DNA from: an uncultured archaeon
Lineage (GTDB): Archaea; Thermoplasmatota; Poseidoniia; MGIII; CG-Epi1
Length of the DNA stretch: 34,968 nt
Reading direction: 5' to 3'
Assembly (NCBI GenBank): GCA_964568285.1
Contig: CAZMPT010000001.1
Span: forward strand, 1-34,968
The notes beneath the pieces are model-generated. The model was given only the letters and a program-made list of their open reading frames with translations, was not told where the DNA came from and did no database searches. Shown here piece by piece: positions 9,557 to 17,611 of this stretch (positions are counted from its first letter, which is position 1; each line of letters begins with the position of its first letter). The translations under genes were made by a program, and so were the position numbers.

Positions 9557-10432
9557 TCACACATCGGGAGCAAAATTTGTCCAATTAATAATGTATGCGG
9601 TGCGAGGTCGAGTAATCATATCAGACCAATCAGATAGTCTAGTAAATGGAGTATAATCCCACCAAGGGCTGCTATCTTGTTGATTTTCACGACCATAAGG
9701 GTAAATATCCAATCCAATTAACGGCGTGTTAAGAGTTGATACATCTATGGATTCATCATCCATCCAGCGCAAGTAAGATTCATTAATGGCTGCTAATTTC
9801 CATATATTTTCTGCCAGTTGTTTAGCCGATTTCAGGTTTTTAAGTTCCCCCATATCGTTCCATTCAGTAGGGACCAGTTGAGACCTTCCATTCTCGTTTC
9901 TGATGCTACCACCCTCAATTACTTTAGTATTATTTGCCAAATCGGGCCATTCTAACGCATTAAGGTTGTTGCTATAAATTCCAGAAGGCATTCCTTGGAA
10001 ATTATTCCATTGTTCTCGGAGCATTAAATCAAGGTCTAATGCTCTTTTAATCCGGTTTCTATGTTTGGTAGCAAAATTTGGTTTCATATAGACTCCAATA
10101 TTCCAATTTCCTTTAGTCTTACTATTCCAATTAGGTTTCCACCACACCATTACTTTATTTTTGTAGATATAAAAGGGTTTTAATCTTTCTCTATATCCTG
10201 TCCATGCTCTAAATCTTCCATCCCGATAAAGTAAATTTATTCCTAATCGTTGTCCCTCATCATTTTTGAATTGAGAGATGTTTAATCCGTTATAATTAGC
10301 ACCAACGCCTCCTCTTTGTAATAGATTCTTTTTTGCAGGGTCTAACAGTAATTCTTCCCATTGATAGGTCACCCAGTCTTTCTTATTAATACGCTTGATT
10401 TCTCTTTCGTATCTTTCAAGAAAACTAGCCAT
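9557..10432 (-). CDS. Hypothetical Trp/Asn-rich protein (291 aa)
   Basis: Long ORF with only a degenerate promoter-like element 21 nt upstream. Confidence 0.65.
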   Translation of the reverse strand: MASFLERYEREIKRINKKDWVTYQWEELLLDPAKKNLLQRGGVGANYNGLNISQFKNDEGQRLGINLLYRDGRFRAWTGYRERLKPFYIYKNKVMVWWKPNWNSKTKGNWNIGVYMKPNFATKHRNRIKRALDLDLMLREQWNNFQGMPSGIYSNNLNALEWPDLANNTKVIEGGSIRNENGRSQLVPTEWNDMGELKNLKSAKQLAENIWKLAAINESYLRWMDDESIDVSTLNTPLIGLDIYPYGRENQQDSSPWWDYTPFTRLSDWSDMITRPRTAYIINWTNFAPDV

Positions 10433-10452
10433 GATAATAAGTAGGGGCTTCC

Positions 10453-10462
10453 ACTACTTGAA
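10453..10462 (-). promoter_or_regulatory. Degenerate promoter-like element TTCAAGTAGT
   Basis: 21 nt to ATG 10432. Weak match. Confidence 0.3.
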
Positions 10463-10463
10463 A

Positions 10464-10682
10464 TTATCTTTTTAACCAAGCACCGATTCCGATAGATACA
10501 ATAACTAGGGTTCCAATTCCGATAGCAATTACCGCAGGAGATAACTGCTTTTCTTCTTCGCTTCCTTCAGGTTGTTGAATATACATGATTTGTGGGGTCT
10601 GCTGCGCTAAAGAAGATTGCATTGAACTAATCATACTCCGCATTTTGGCCCAAGGTTTAGGGCCGGGAGGAGGTGGAGGCAT
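10464..10682 (-). CDS. Small membrane protein with a polyproline N-terminus
   Basis: Starts MPPPPPGPKPW and ends with the TM helix AVIAIGIGTLVIVSIGIGAWL. Leaderless spacing of 20 nt from motif 10702. Confidence 0.6.
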   Translation of the reverse strand: MPPPPPGPKPWAKMRSMISSMQSSLAQQTPQIMYIQQPEGSEEEKQLSPAVIAIGIGTLVIVSIGIGAWLKR

Positions 10683-10701
10683 ATAGTTGGTATCTTCGTG
10701 C

Positions 10702-10711
10702 TGTTATTTAA
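10702..10711 (-). promoter_or_regulatory. Promoter element, variant TTAAATAACA
   Basis: 20 nt to ATG 10682. Contains the TAA stop of the helicase gene. Confidence 0.65.
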
Positions 10712-12936
10712 GCATTCTGCCCTAATAAAGAAGATTGTTTGGCCCCATTAGAGCGGTTTCTATTAACCCTAATAGATGATTTAATATATTCAGGGATATA
10801 ATTTTGCAGTGGTTCGTTTCCGATTCCCTTACTATAATGAAACCAAAATTGAGGGTCTATGATATAATTATGTCCTGTGTCTTCGGCAGACCTCACAACT
10901 CTACCTAACATTTGCGTTAATTGATTAGCGGTTTGTAATTTATACCAAGAAGGATTTTCTTTCATTTTAATCGCAGTTCTTACATCTCCCATCGCCGGAA
11001 ATGGAATTTTTACAATGATACAAAAATCTACTGACTTTCCATCGTATCCTTGGTTAGCATAAGTAGAAATCAAAACCTTGTTGCTTTGAGAATTATCAAA
11101 ATTAGTAAATACTTCGTTGCGGGACTTGGCATTTTTATTATGTTGCACTAATCTTTGTTCTGCACTTTTAGAAATATAAGCAATGGCTTCTACTAATTGT
11201 TTCTCTAGTGAGTCAGTATAGGGGAGAATAAGTCCTTTCTTTCGAGGATACAAATTCATAATATCTACGATAGCCTCTGCGGTCTTCATCATTTCTTCGT
11301 TTGATTTAGAAGAATACGACATCTTTCCTCCTACCTTACTACTATAAATGGGTCGGTTACTAAGTGGGAAACTAGAATAGTTAATCTGGAGAAAAGCCGT
11401 ATCTTCTTTGTTTAGTCCTATTTCATCACAGAAAATGTCAATATTTCCGATAGTTCCTGACATAAATACCCTTACCTTACCTGTATTTAGCATTAATTCT
11501 TCTGAATAATCTTTGATGTCTAATGGCTTAAAACTAATATATTCAGGTGCAGTATCATCATTTGCTTGCCAAAGACAGTTTTTCCAATCCGTAGAAAGTA
11601 GTTGTGTTACTGATTTAATTTTACTTATGGTATTATACACATATTTGAGTTCATCTTCTTCGTAATCTTTCTTTCGTATCTTGCGTGATACCATATTACT
11701 AAGTGCTTCAAAATACGCAGCCAAAACAACTGCTCCTTTTCTTCGGAAATCATCAGTAGATTCTACTCGCACAGATGGAACTTTAGGAAATCCCCATCCA
11801 TTGTTAGTTGGTGTCCATGATTCTAATTTTTTACTGCGTTCTTTTTGAAGGATAGGTCTATCTTTTTCAGCAGATTCTAAAACTTGTTGATGAGTCGGAA
11901 GTTGTAGCAGCCTTTCTATTACTTTTACAGAAAAATCTAATGAATAAAAGCCAGTCATAGCCGATGCAAGTTGATGCGCCTCATCTACAATAAGGAAATC
12001 TCGTTGTTTTACCATCTTTGATGATTGATTCATCGCCATTAGATAACTCATATTTGAGATAAAGAATCGAGAATTTTGGGCGTTAGTTAAAGATTCATAA
12101 TATTCACACAAAGATGTTGGGTCCACACCCCAATTGTAGCCATTCTCTGTTTTTGGAACTTTATAGGGACAACTAAATCCTCTGATTAAACTACAAGGAG
12201 CCATACTTGCGGTGCAACCGCCGGTTTGCCAATTAAAACCGCCAATAGTGGCTCTATCAACTGCTTCTTGCGCTCGTTGTTTATTTAAACATCCGGGTTC
12301 TAAGTCTAAACTGCATTCGTAATTTCCTTTTCCCATAACACTTCTCATAAAAGGCATTTCTTTCATATATTGTTCTTGTAGCCCTTTCAAATGAGTTACA
12401 ATATAGGATTCCGCATTAAAAATCTTGGGAAGAACCATAGCCATAGCCGATTTTCCAGAACCAGTAGGACATTCTATGACGATATTTTTGTATCCTTCTT
12501 GGATTAAATCTACTGCATGAGGAATAACTTGCGCTTGTTCTGGTCTCGGAGTTGGAAAACGGGTGCCTTCAAAGTATTCTTGACATTCCCAAAGATTTTC
12601 ATCTTCTTGGTTAATAACTACCTGTTTGAATCCCAATGATTGGGGCTTACCAATGACAGCATTACCTATTTTTCCCAATTGTGAGTCATCAAACTCTACG
12701 GCTTCAATTATTTTATCTTCTTCTTCCTCTATCTCTGAAGTAACTAAGACTCCATCTACCGCCATTTTTAACTCCATGATATTACAAAATTTGGTGAGGT
12801 TTTCTATCTTGAGTCCACCTATTTTCATAGTCCCAGTATAACATTTACGAGATTTATTCCATTTGAGGTCGTAAGTTCCTCCTAATACTTCACGATAAGG
12901 CATGGTATTACCCCGAACATCTACGCTAACGAACAT
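10708..12936 (-). CDS. XPD/Rad3 (DinG)-family superfamily-2 helicase with an Fe-S cluster domain
   Basis: Walker A is ECPTGSGKS, the DEAH box is VDEAHQL, and motif VI is QMLGRVVRS. A Cys cluster lies between them (GNYEC..PGC..GGCTASMAPC..FSCPY..SLCEY). There is a roughly 130-aa N-terminal extension of unknown function. The start was set to Met7 (12936), exactly 20 nt from the exact motif at 12956. The track ATG at 12954 is only 2 nt from the TATA box. Confidence 0.85.
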   Translation of the reverse strand: MFVSVDVRGNTMPYREVLGGTYDLKWNKSRKCYTGTMKIGGLKIENLTKFCNIMELKMAVDGVLVTSEIEEEEDKIIEAVEFDDSQLGKIGNAVIGKPQSLGFKQVVINQEDENLWECQEYFEGTRFPTPRPEQAQVIPHAVDLIQEGYKNIVIECPTGSGKSAMAMVLPKIFNAESYIVTHLKGLQEQYMKEMPFMRSVMGKGNYECSLDLEPGCLNKQRAQEAVDRATIGGFNWQTGGCTASMAPCSLIRGFSCPYKVPKTENGYNWGVDPTSLCEYYESLTNAQNSRFFISNMSYLMAMNQSSKMVKQRDFLIVDEAHQLASAMTGFYSLDFSVKVIERLLQLPTHQQVLESAEKDRPILQKERSKKLESWTPTNNGWGFPKVPSVRVESTDDFRRKGAVVLAAYFEALSNMVSRKIRKKDYEEDELKYVYNTISKIKSVTQLLSTDWKNCLWQANDDTAPEYISFKPLDIKDYSEELMLNTGKVRVFMSGTIGNIDIFCDEIGLNKEDTAFLQINYSSFPLSNRPIYSSKVGGKMSYSSKSNEEMMKTAEAIVDIMNLYPRKKGLILPYTDSLEKQLVEAIAYISKSAEQRLVQHNKNAKSRNEVFTNFDNSQSNKVLISTYANQGYDGKSVDFCIIVKIPFPAMGDVRTAIKMKENPSWYKLQTANQLTQMLGRVVRSAEDTGHNYIIDPQFWFHYSKGIGNEPLQNYIPEYIKSSIRVNRNRSNGAKQSSLLGQNA

Positions 12937-12955
12937 ATATTTACTATCATCCATT

Positions 12956-12965
12956 ACCTATTTAA
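12956..12965 (-). promoter_or_regulatory. Promoter element, exact TTAAATAGGT
   Basis: 20 nt to the in-frame ATG 12936 of the helicase. Confidence 0.7.
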
Positions 12966-12972
12966 CCATAAT

Positions 12973-12982
12973 TTCATATAGC
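12973..12982 (+). promoter_or_regulatory. Promoter element, variant TTCATATAGC
   Basis: 21 nt to ATG 13003 (PP2C). Back to back with 12956-12965. Confidence 0.5.
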
Positions 12983-13002
12983 AGACCACACTTAATAATA
13001 CT

Positions 13003-13779
13003 ATGCAGGTATTTTGGGGAGTTCGTAATATTCCACGATTTGATAAAAAAACGGATGGTGGAGACGATGGATGGTTCAGTAATGATAGCACCAATGCTGC
13101 TGGAGTCGCAGACGGCGTAGGTTCGTGGAGAAAAAAGGGTATTAAAAGTGGTAATTTTTCTCGTTCCATGATGTCTAAGACCAATAATCGTATTGAACAA
13201 GGTATGAATCCTTATGATGCTTTACAAAGTGCATTTTTAGATTGGGAAGATAAAACAGGTTATGGCTCTACTACCTTTTGTGTAGCCCAGATGCTTGAAG
13301 ATATTTTGTATGTAGCCCAATTAGGCGATAGTTGTATTTTAGTTCAAAGAAATGGAAGGGTCGTTTATCAATCAAATGAACAAGAACACTTGTTTAATGT
13401 CCCCTATCAATTAGGTTCAGGTAATGAATCATTAGAGGATTCTTGGAGGTATCAAATTTCCCTTTTGCCCGGAGATACCATCATTATTGCTTCCGATGGA
13501 TTGTTTAATAATTTATATCGTAGTAAAATTCTCTCTATTATCAATAGTTATCCTATGGAATCGGAAAATCCCAATGCTTTATCGCAACAAATTGCAGACC
13601 AATTAGCCGGAGAAGCATACGACCAATCTATGTCTAATAAATATTGGTCACCATTTGCCCAACGCTCTTACGAAATGGGAATTACAGAAGCCTTTGATGT
13701 GGCTCAATTAGGTGGAAAGCCTGATGATATTACAGTGGTGGTAGGGCGTGTTTTATCTAAAGATGTTTGGAGAGATTAA
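13003..13779 (+). CDS. PP2C-family Ser/Thr phosphatase, PTC7/SpoIIE-like
   Basis: Motifs: GVADGVGSW, GSTTFCVA, AQLGDSC, EQEHLFNVPYQLG, IIASDGLFNN, GGKPDDITVVV. Leaderless, 21 nt from the plus-oriented TATA at 12973. Confidence 0.9.
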   Translation: MQVFWGVRNIPRFDKKTDGGDDGWFSNDSTNAAGVADGVGSWRKKGIKSGNFSRSMMSKTNNRIEQGMNPYDALQSAFLDWEDKTGYGSTTFCVAQMLEDILYVAQLGDSCILVQRNGRVVYQSNEQEHLFNVPYQLGSGNESLEDSWRYQISLLPGDTIIIASDGLFNNLYRSKILSIINSYPMESENPNALSQQIADQLAGEAYDQSMSNKYWSPFAQRSYEMGITEAFDVAQLGGKPDDITVVVGRVLSKDVWRD

Positions 13780-13976
13780 ATGTGGATAATATTTTACGAC
13801 AGTCATTATCTAGTTTGAATATAATTAATTGGATAGATTTTAATTCTTGGATGCAAGATTACAATGATGCTAATATATTGGACTTTAAAAAGCAGATAGA
13901 GGAGTATCATCGCAAACTAGATGAAGGAGAAATTCTGGAATGGGCTGGTAAATATGATGCTGCGGATGGCGCATAA
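13767..13976 (+). CDS. Hypothetical small protein (start uncertain)
   Basis: The track start is a TTG. An in-frame GTG at 13782 is preceded by GGAGAG 7 nt upstream. Confidence 0.4.
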   Translation: MERLNVDNILRQSLSSLNIINWIDFNSWMQDYNDANILDFKKQIEEYHRKLDEGEILEWAGKYDAADGA

Positions 13977-13979
13977 GGG

Positions 13980-14525
13980 GTGGGGGAATTGAATAAAAAG
14001 AAACTGCGGATGGACAAGAGGAGGAAATCTCGTAGCCAGACCTATCCTAAAACTTATTCTCTGCGCCAATTTCAGGACCTTGTTCTATCTTTTTTTGACC
14101 GAAGAATCAGGCATTATGCATTAAGCCATATTATAAATTATTGTGGTGTTTTAACATATGAACCCAAGGTAGTTCGTTTAATTCAACAGTATCCCACAGA
14201 ATATAGGAATTTATTTAATGATAGTTGGTGGAGAAGTCAGCACAATCCCGAAGAACTTGAAATGCGTAAGCATCCAACTCGTGGTCGGCAGTGGATAGGT
14301 AGTCGTTTAACGACAGAAAGAAATGACCTGATATTTAATGTGTTCCATCAGGAAGGAAGTATAAAACTATCCTCAAGTCCACAACTTTGTCGGTTGTGCT
14401 ACAATGATGTTCCTGCCTTTTTGACAGAAAAACAAGCGGGCTTCTGTGTAGAATGTTGGCGCAGGTATGCACACCCATATCTGAACGATGTTATAGCCTA
14501 TTCGCTTGATTCAAACCCTAATTGA
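13980..14525 (+). CDS. Basic protein with a C-terminal CxxC...CxxC zinc ribbon
   Basis: The zinc ribbon reads CRLCYNDVPAFLTEKQAGFCVECW and the N-terminus is Lys/Arg-rich. Start candidates are GTG 13980, TTG 13989 (after GGGGTGGGGG) and ATG 14010. Confidence 0.55.
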   Translation: MGELNKKKLRMDKRRKSRSQTYPKTYSLRQFQDLVLSFFDRRIRHYALSHIINYCGVLTYEPKVVRLIQQYPTEYRNLFNDSWWRSQHNPEELEMRKHPTRGRQWIGSRLTTERNDLIFNVFHQEGSIKLSSSPQLCRLCYNDVPAFLTEKQAGFCVECWRRYAHPYLNDVIAYSLDSNPN

Positions 14526-15613
14526 TTCATGGCTTCATCGGCGGTCATATCACCCTTCTCAACCGCTTCAGTTAGGACTCCAAATGGATAACATTCATCA
14601 CGGAAGTCGCAGTAGGCACATTCCCAATTACCGGCCCCATTCACATCTGACGCACCTGCTAATGGATTACGCTGAATCTTCGGCCAATTAGTCTTAGCAA
14701 TTTGGCCTCTTGCCCACATCTGTTCTAATACTTCTTCAGAATGTCTTAGGTTATATCCTCGTGCGGGTGGTTCTTCGGATTCTAATTCCAATTGCATCTC
14801 TACAAAATTACTAATGATGTCCTCCACAGTAAATTCTCCTACGGATGCATAAGGCTCATTGGTAGATGCCTCCTTCTCCATACAGAAAACTTGGTCGGAA
14901 ACAATTGGGTTGTCATCCAAATCAGTAACAATGACACGACCTGAATATCCATCTTCCAATCTAATTTTGAAAACCTTAGTCAATCCTGAATCAACAGCCA
15001 AATAATGTAGTTCGGCGTGGTCTATGGTTACTCCATAATAGTCCTCGTATGGCTTACGAATTGCCAAATAGACCGCCATTTGCATTACATATCCATGCTT
15101 GGGCTTTCCATTTCTAAACTCTTTGTTTCCCATAGCCTCTCTTGCACCATAGCCTCTAATGGTTTTGGTGTCCACAATAACTGCTTCCGTGCGGGAGATA
15201 GAAATAATGTTGCCCTCATCATCCAATTCAGCCTTTCTGATGATTTGGTCCACTTCACCAGAAATATGAACTCGGACATCTCCGCCATATCCTGTTAATT
15301 CAGTAATATCTTCTTTGATTTTGATGTTGCTATCAATTAGTAATCCTTGACGCTCAAAATGATGAGTCAATGACGCTTCCATAGCGTGTCCGGTTTCAAA
15401 GATAACAAATGAACGGTCATCAGGAGGGTTGGTGCGTGGTGCGCCTGTTTTACTATACCAGTTTTGACGATGGCACTTACCAATGTATTCAGGTTCTCCC
15501 CAATGGTTATTGCGAGTAACACCCGCACCTGTTGGGTTCAATCCGCCAAGTGATACTCGGAAGGGTCGCTTTTCCATGCTTCTAATTGCTGCTTTGATAT
15601 AATTAGGATTCAT
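14498..15613 (-). CDS. Cas4/RecB-family PD-(D/E)xK nuclease with a 4Fe-4S Cys motif
   Basis: Motifs: N-terminal GKCHRQNWY, ETGHAME, GEVDQI, IVDTKT (DxK), QMAVYL (QxxxY), and C-terminal CAYCDFRDEC (Cx2Cx5C). An unusually long insert of about 150 aa precedes the C-terminal Cys triad. Confidence 0.75.
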   Translation of the reverse strand: MNPNYIKAAIRSMEKRPFRVSLGGLNPTGAGVTRNNHWGEPEYIGKCHRQNWYSKTGAPRTNPPDDRSFVIFETGHAMEASLTHHFERQGLLIDSNIKIKEDITELTGYGGDVRVHISGEVDQIIRKAELDDEGNIISISRTEAVIVDTKTIRGYGAREAMGNKEFRNGKPKHGYVMQMAVYLAIRKPYEDYYGVTIDHAELHYLAVDSGLTKVFKIRLEDGYSGRVIVTDLDDNPIVSDQVFCMEKEASTNEPYASVGEFTVEDIISNFVEMQLELESEEPPARGYNLRHSEEVLEQMWARGQIAKTNWPKIQRNPLAGASDVNGAGNWECAYCDFRDECYPFGVLTEAVEKGDMTADEAMNQLGFESSE

Positions 15614-15666
15614 TTTCTCATCTCTTTATCTCCCATAAGGGGTTCGTAATAGTTGATTGATGTATT

Positions 15667-15676
15667 ACCTATTTAA
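15667..15676 (-). promoter_or_regulatory. Promoter element, exact TTAAATAGGT
   Basis: 54 nt to ATG 15613. The leader carries GGGAG/GAGATGAG. Confidence 0.65.
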
Positions 15677-15683
15677 GTATGTA

Positions 15684-16079
15684 TCAAAAAAGGTCGTCTT
15701 CAGGACTTTCTGAAGGTGGTTTCATACAAAATCCGATATTCATTGAAGGCTGCACATCCAGTATAGGTAATGTTTGGTTGATTATATCATCTATGTCTTC
15801 TAAGGTGTTTTGCATATGTTTAACCTCTCCATACCAAAACATATCCACCTGATAGTAATGTAAATCTTTCATCACTACATCTCGTTTTGATAATTGAAGC
15901 ATAAAGTTTGTTTTTACCATCTCTAAGAAATTATGGATAGGGTGTTTAGGGTCGCTTGGCTCTCTCTTCCAAAAAATCATACTAACTACGAATCCATCAG
16001 GAGGATTATCACCAAATCCAGCGATTGCTTCTTCCAGACTTACACTTTCAGGTTCTTGTGGCTCTTCCGTTTCAGACAT
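15684..16079 (-). CDS. Acidic hypothetical protein (131 aa)
   Basis: The SD AAGGAG lies 8 nt before the ATG. About 25 D/E versus 9 K/R. Confidence 0.6.
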   Translation of the reverse strand: MSETEEPQEPESVSLEEAIAGFGDNPPDGFVVSMIFWKREPSDPKHPIHNFLEMVKTNFMLQLSKRDVVMKDLHYYQVDMFWYGEVKHMQNTLEDIDDIINQTLPILDVQPSMNIGFCMKPPSESPEDDLF

Positions 16080-16092
16080 TTATTCATCTCCT

Positions 16093-16662
16093 TTATGTAT
16101 TTAATAAGGCATCAACTTCTTCTTGTGATGCTCCATGAGAAAGCAAATAACTTCCCAAATCAAAATTTTCCCAATCTTTAATGATGTCTAACATATTGGT
16201 TAAATCTAATAAAAGTTCAGTGGTAGGAATTTTTTGCACTTTAGGTGTGGTTTCTCCATTTACTTTATAGTCACTGTGTTGCCAATAATATCCTTTATCA
16301 ATCATGGAAGTCACCACCGCTCGTGCCATCATAGCATTTTCTGGAGAGTCTAATGTCACTCTAACCTTTTCTTGTGCGTTTTCAAATATACCCTGTTGGT
16401 CTGCGAATACTCTTTTCATGAATTCTTCAGGGTCATTTTTAAGCCATGATAACACTTGGCTGCGGCTATGTCCCTGTTTTTGCAGAATACTGGAGAAGTC
16501 ACTTACTGTTGCGACAACAAATCGCAAAGGATTATGCAAGATATTAAACATTACAAAATAAATATCATCTGTATCATCTTCTCCGTGCATTTCAATATTT
16601 GCTTGCACTACCACCTCTATTTCTTGATTCAAAGATAATTTAACGGTCTTTATATTCTTCAT
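16093..16662 (-). CDS. Hypothetical protein (189 aa)
   Basis: The SD GGGTGAT precedes the ATG and spans the upstream stop. Confidence 0.6.
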   Translation of the reverse strand: MKNIKTVKLSLNQEIEVVVQANIEMHGEDDTDDIYFVMFNILHNPLRFVVATVSDFSSILQKQGHSRSQVLSWLKNDPEEFMKRVFADQQGIFENAQEKVRVTLDSPENAMMARAVVTSMIDKGYYWQHSDYKVNGETTPKVQKIPTTELLLDLTNMLDIIKDWENFDLGSYLLSHGASQEEVDALLNT

Positions 16663-16887
16663 TTAATCACCCACATATTCTCCACAAGTATAAAATAGCC
16701 CTTCTTTAGTAATATCAAAAATTTTATCAGAAACACGACAGATTCTCCATCGCCACCTTAAGGCTACATAAGGGTTAATTTCTTGAGCCTCGCTAAGAGT
16801 GATGGGGGACTCAACATTTTGTAATAGCCCTTCTACCACAGAAATTTTTCTTGCTGTGGCGATTTTTTCTAAATGACTTTCTATCAC
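16663..16887 (-). CDS. Hypothetical protein (74 aa), GTG start
   Basis: GAGGGAT, then aact, then GTG. The same SD context occurs at 25794. Confidence 0.5.
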   Translation of the reverse strand: MIESHLEKIATARKISVVEGLLQNVESPITLSEAQEINPYVALRWRWRICRVSDKIFDITKEGLFYTCGEYVGD

Positions 16888-16896
16888 AGTTATCCC

Positions 16897-17067
16897 TCAT
16901 AGGCTTTTTGCCACTCGTTTCAAGTCTGCTTTGAGGATGTTTCCTAAAACCACAACTGCCCCACTGGTATCCGTGATGCTTATTTTTAGATATTCACCTT
17001 TGTTTCCAAAATCTTCCATAATGAACACTTTGCCATCCGACATAGTAAGGTGTTGCGTGACAGCCAT
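16897..17067 (-). CDS. Small protein (56 aa), not in the ORF track
   Basis: Translates as MAVTQHLTMSDGKVFIMEDFGNKGEYLKISITDTSGAVVVLGNILKADLKRVAKSL. Its ATG lies 21 nt from the promoter variant TTGAAATACT (17088-17097). Confidence 0.55.
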   Translation of the reverse strand: MAVTQHLTMSDGKVFIMEDFGNKGEYLKISITDTSGAVVVLGNILKADLKRVAKSL

Positions 17068-17087
17068 ACTAATATTGAGTTGGTCTT

Positions 17088-17097
17088 AGTATTTCAA
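17088..17097 (-). promoter_or_regulatory. Promoter element, variant TTGAAATACT
   Basis: 21 nt to ATG 17067 of the 56-aa ORF. Confidence 0.5.
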
Positions 17098-17104
17098 TGT
17101 TCAC

Positions 17105-17338
17105 TCAATACCATAAATTTTCGCCCTTGTAATCAGGGCGAGGAGCCATAACAGGGTAAATACGGTATGTTTCTATCTTAAATTTCCGTTGAAGCCCTGC
17201 TGCTACCTCTTGGGCTTGTTCCGAGGTATGAAATAGTTTATCAAAGACTTCGCTTCTACCAGTTTCATAGATTAGTAGTATCACGAAAAATGTCCTATTA
17301 CGAGGAAACGGTGCTTGATAATCAGGGTTAGGTATCAT
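17105..17338 (-). CDS. Hypothetical protein (77 aa)
   Basis: The ATG at 17338 is 1 nt after the upstream stop. The track start at 17380 would overlap the upstream gene by 41 nt. Confidence 0.5.
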   Translation of the reverse strand: MIPNPDYQAPFPRNRTFFVILLIYETGRSEVFDKLFHTSEQAQEVAAGLQRKFKIETYRIYPVMAPRPDYKGENLWY

Positions 17339-17339
17339 A

Positions 17340-17606
17340 TTAGTCCATCTCACTTGCCTCAAGGAACAAGGCCGAGCCAAGAATAGGTCGTTCCAACATT
17401 CGGCTGGCTACCATATTTGGGTCTAAATCTCGAGGGATACCTTCTTCATTTACTATACAATAGACATACACAGTGTCAGACTTCGTAATCTCACAAGGAA
17501 TGACCTCTATGTAGCCATTTACGGCCTCTTGCATGAATTCTAAGGAACCCTCATCAGGCATTTCCACCGTTTCGGTAGCACCTGAAGCGTGTATTAACCA
17601 CGCCAT
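17340..17606 (-). CDS. DUF3846-like small protein
   Basis: Pattern is ...GATETVEMPDEGSLEFMQEAVNGYIEVI...YCIVNEEGIPRDLDPN...ILGSALF. The ATG at 17606 is preceded by GGAGGAT. The track start is a TTG. Confidence 0.45.
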   Translation of the reverse strand: MAWLIHASGATETVEMPDEGSLEFMQEAVNGYIEVIPCEITKSDTVYVYCIVNEEGIPRDLDPNMVASRMLERPILGSALFLEASEMD

Positions 17607-17611
17607 GTGCC

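Noticed and set aside
17068-17104. tRNA or other structured RNA genes in the few intergenic gaps
   Set aside because: All gaps are under 120 nt and are occupied by promoter motifs, SD sites or small ORFs. No cloverleaf-compatible stems were evident by eye, though this was not checked with a tRNA scanning program.
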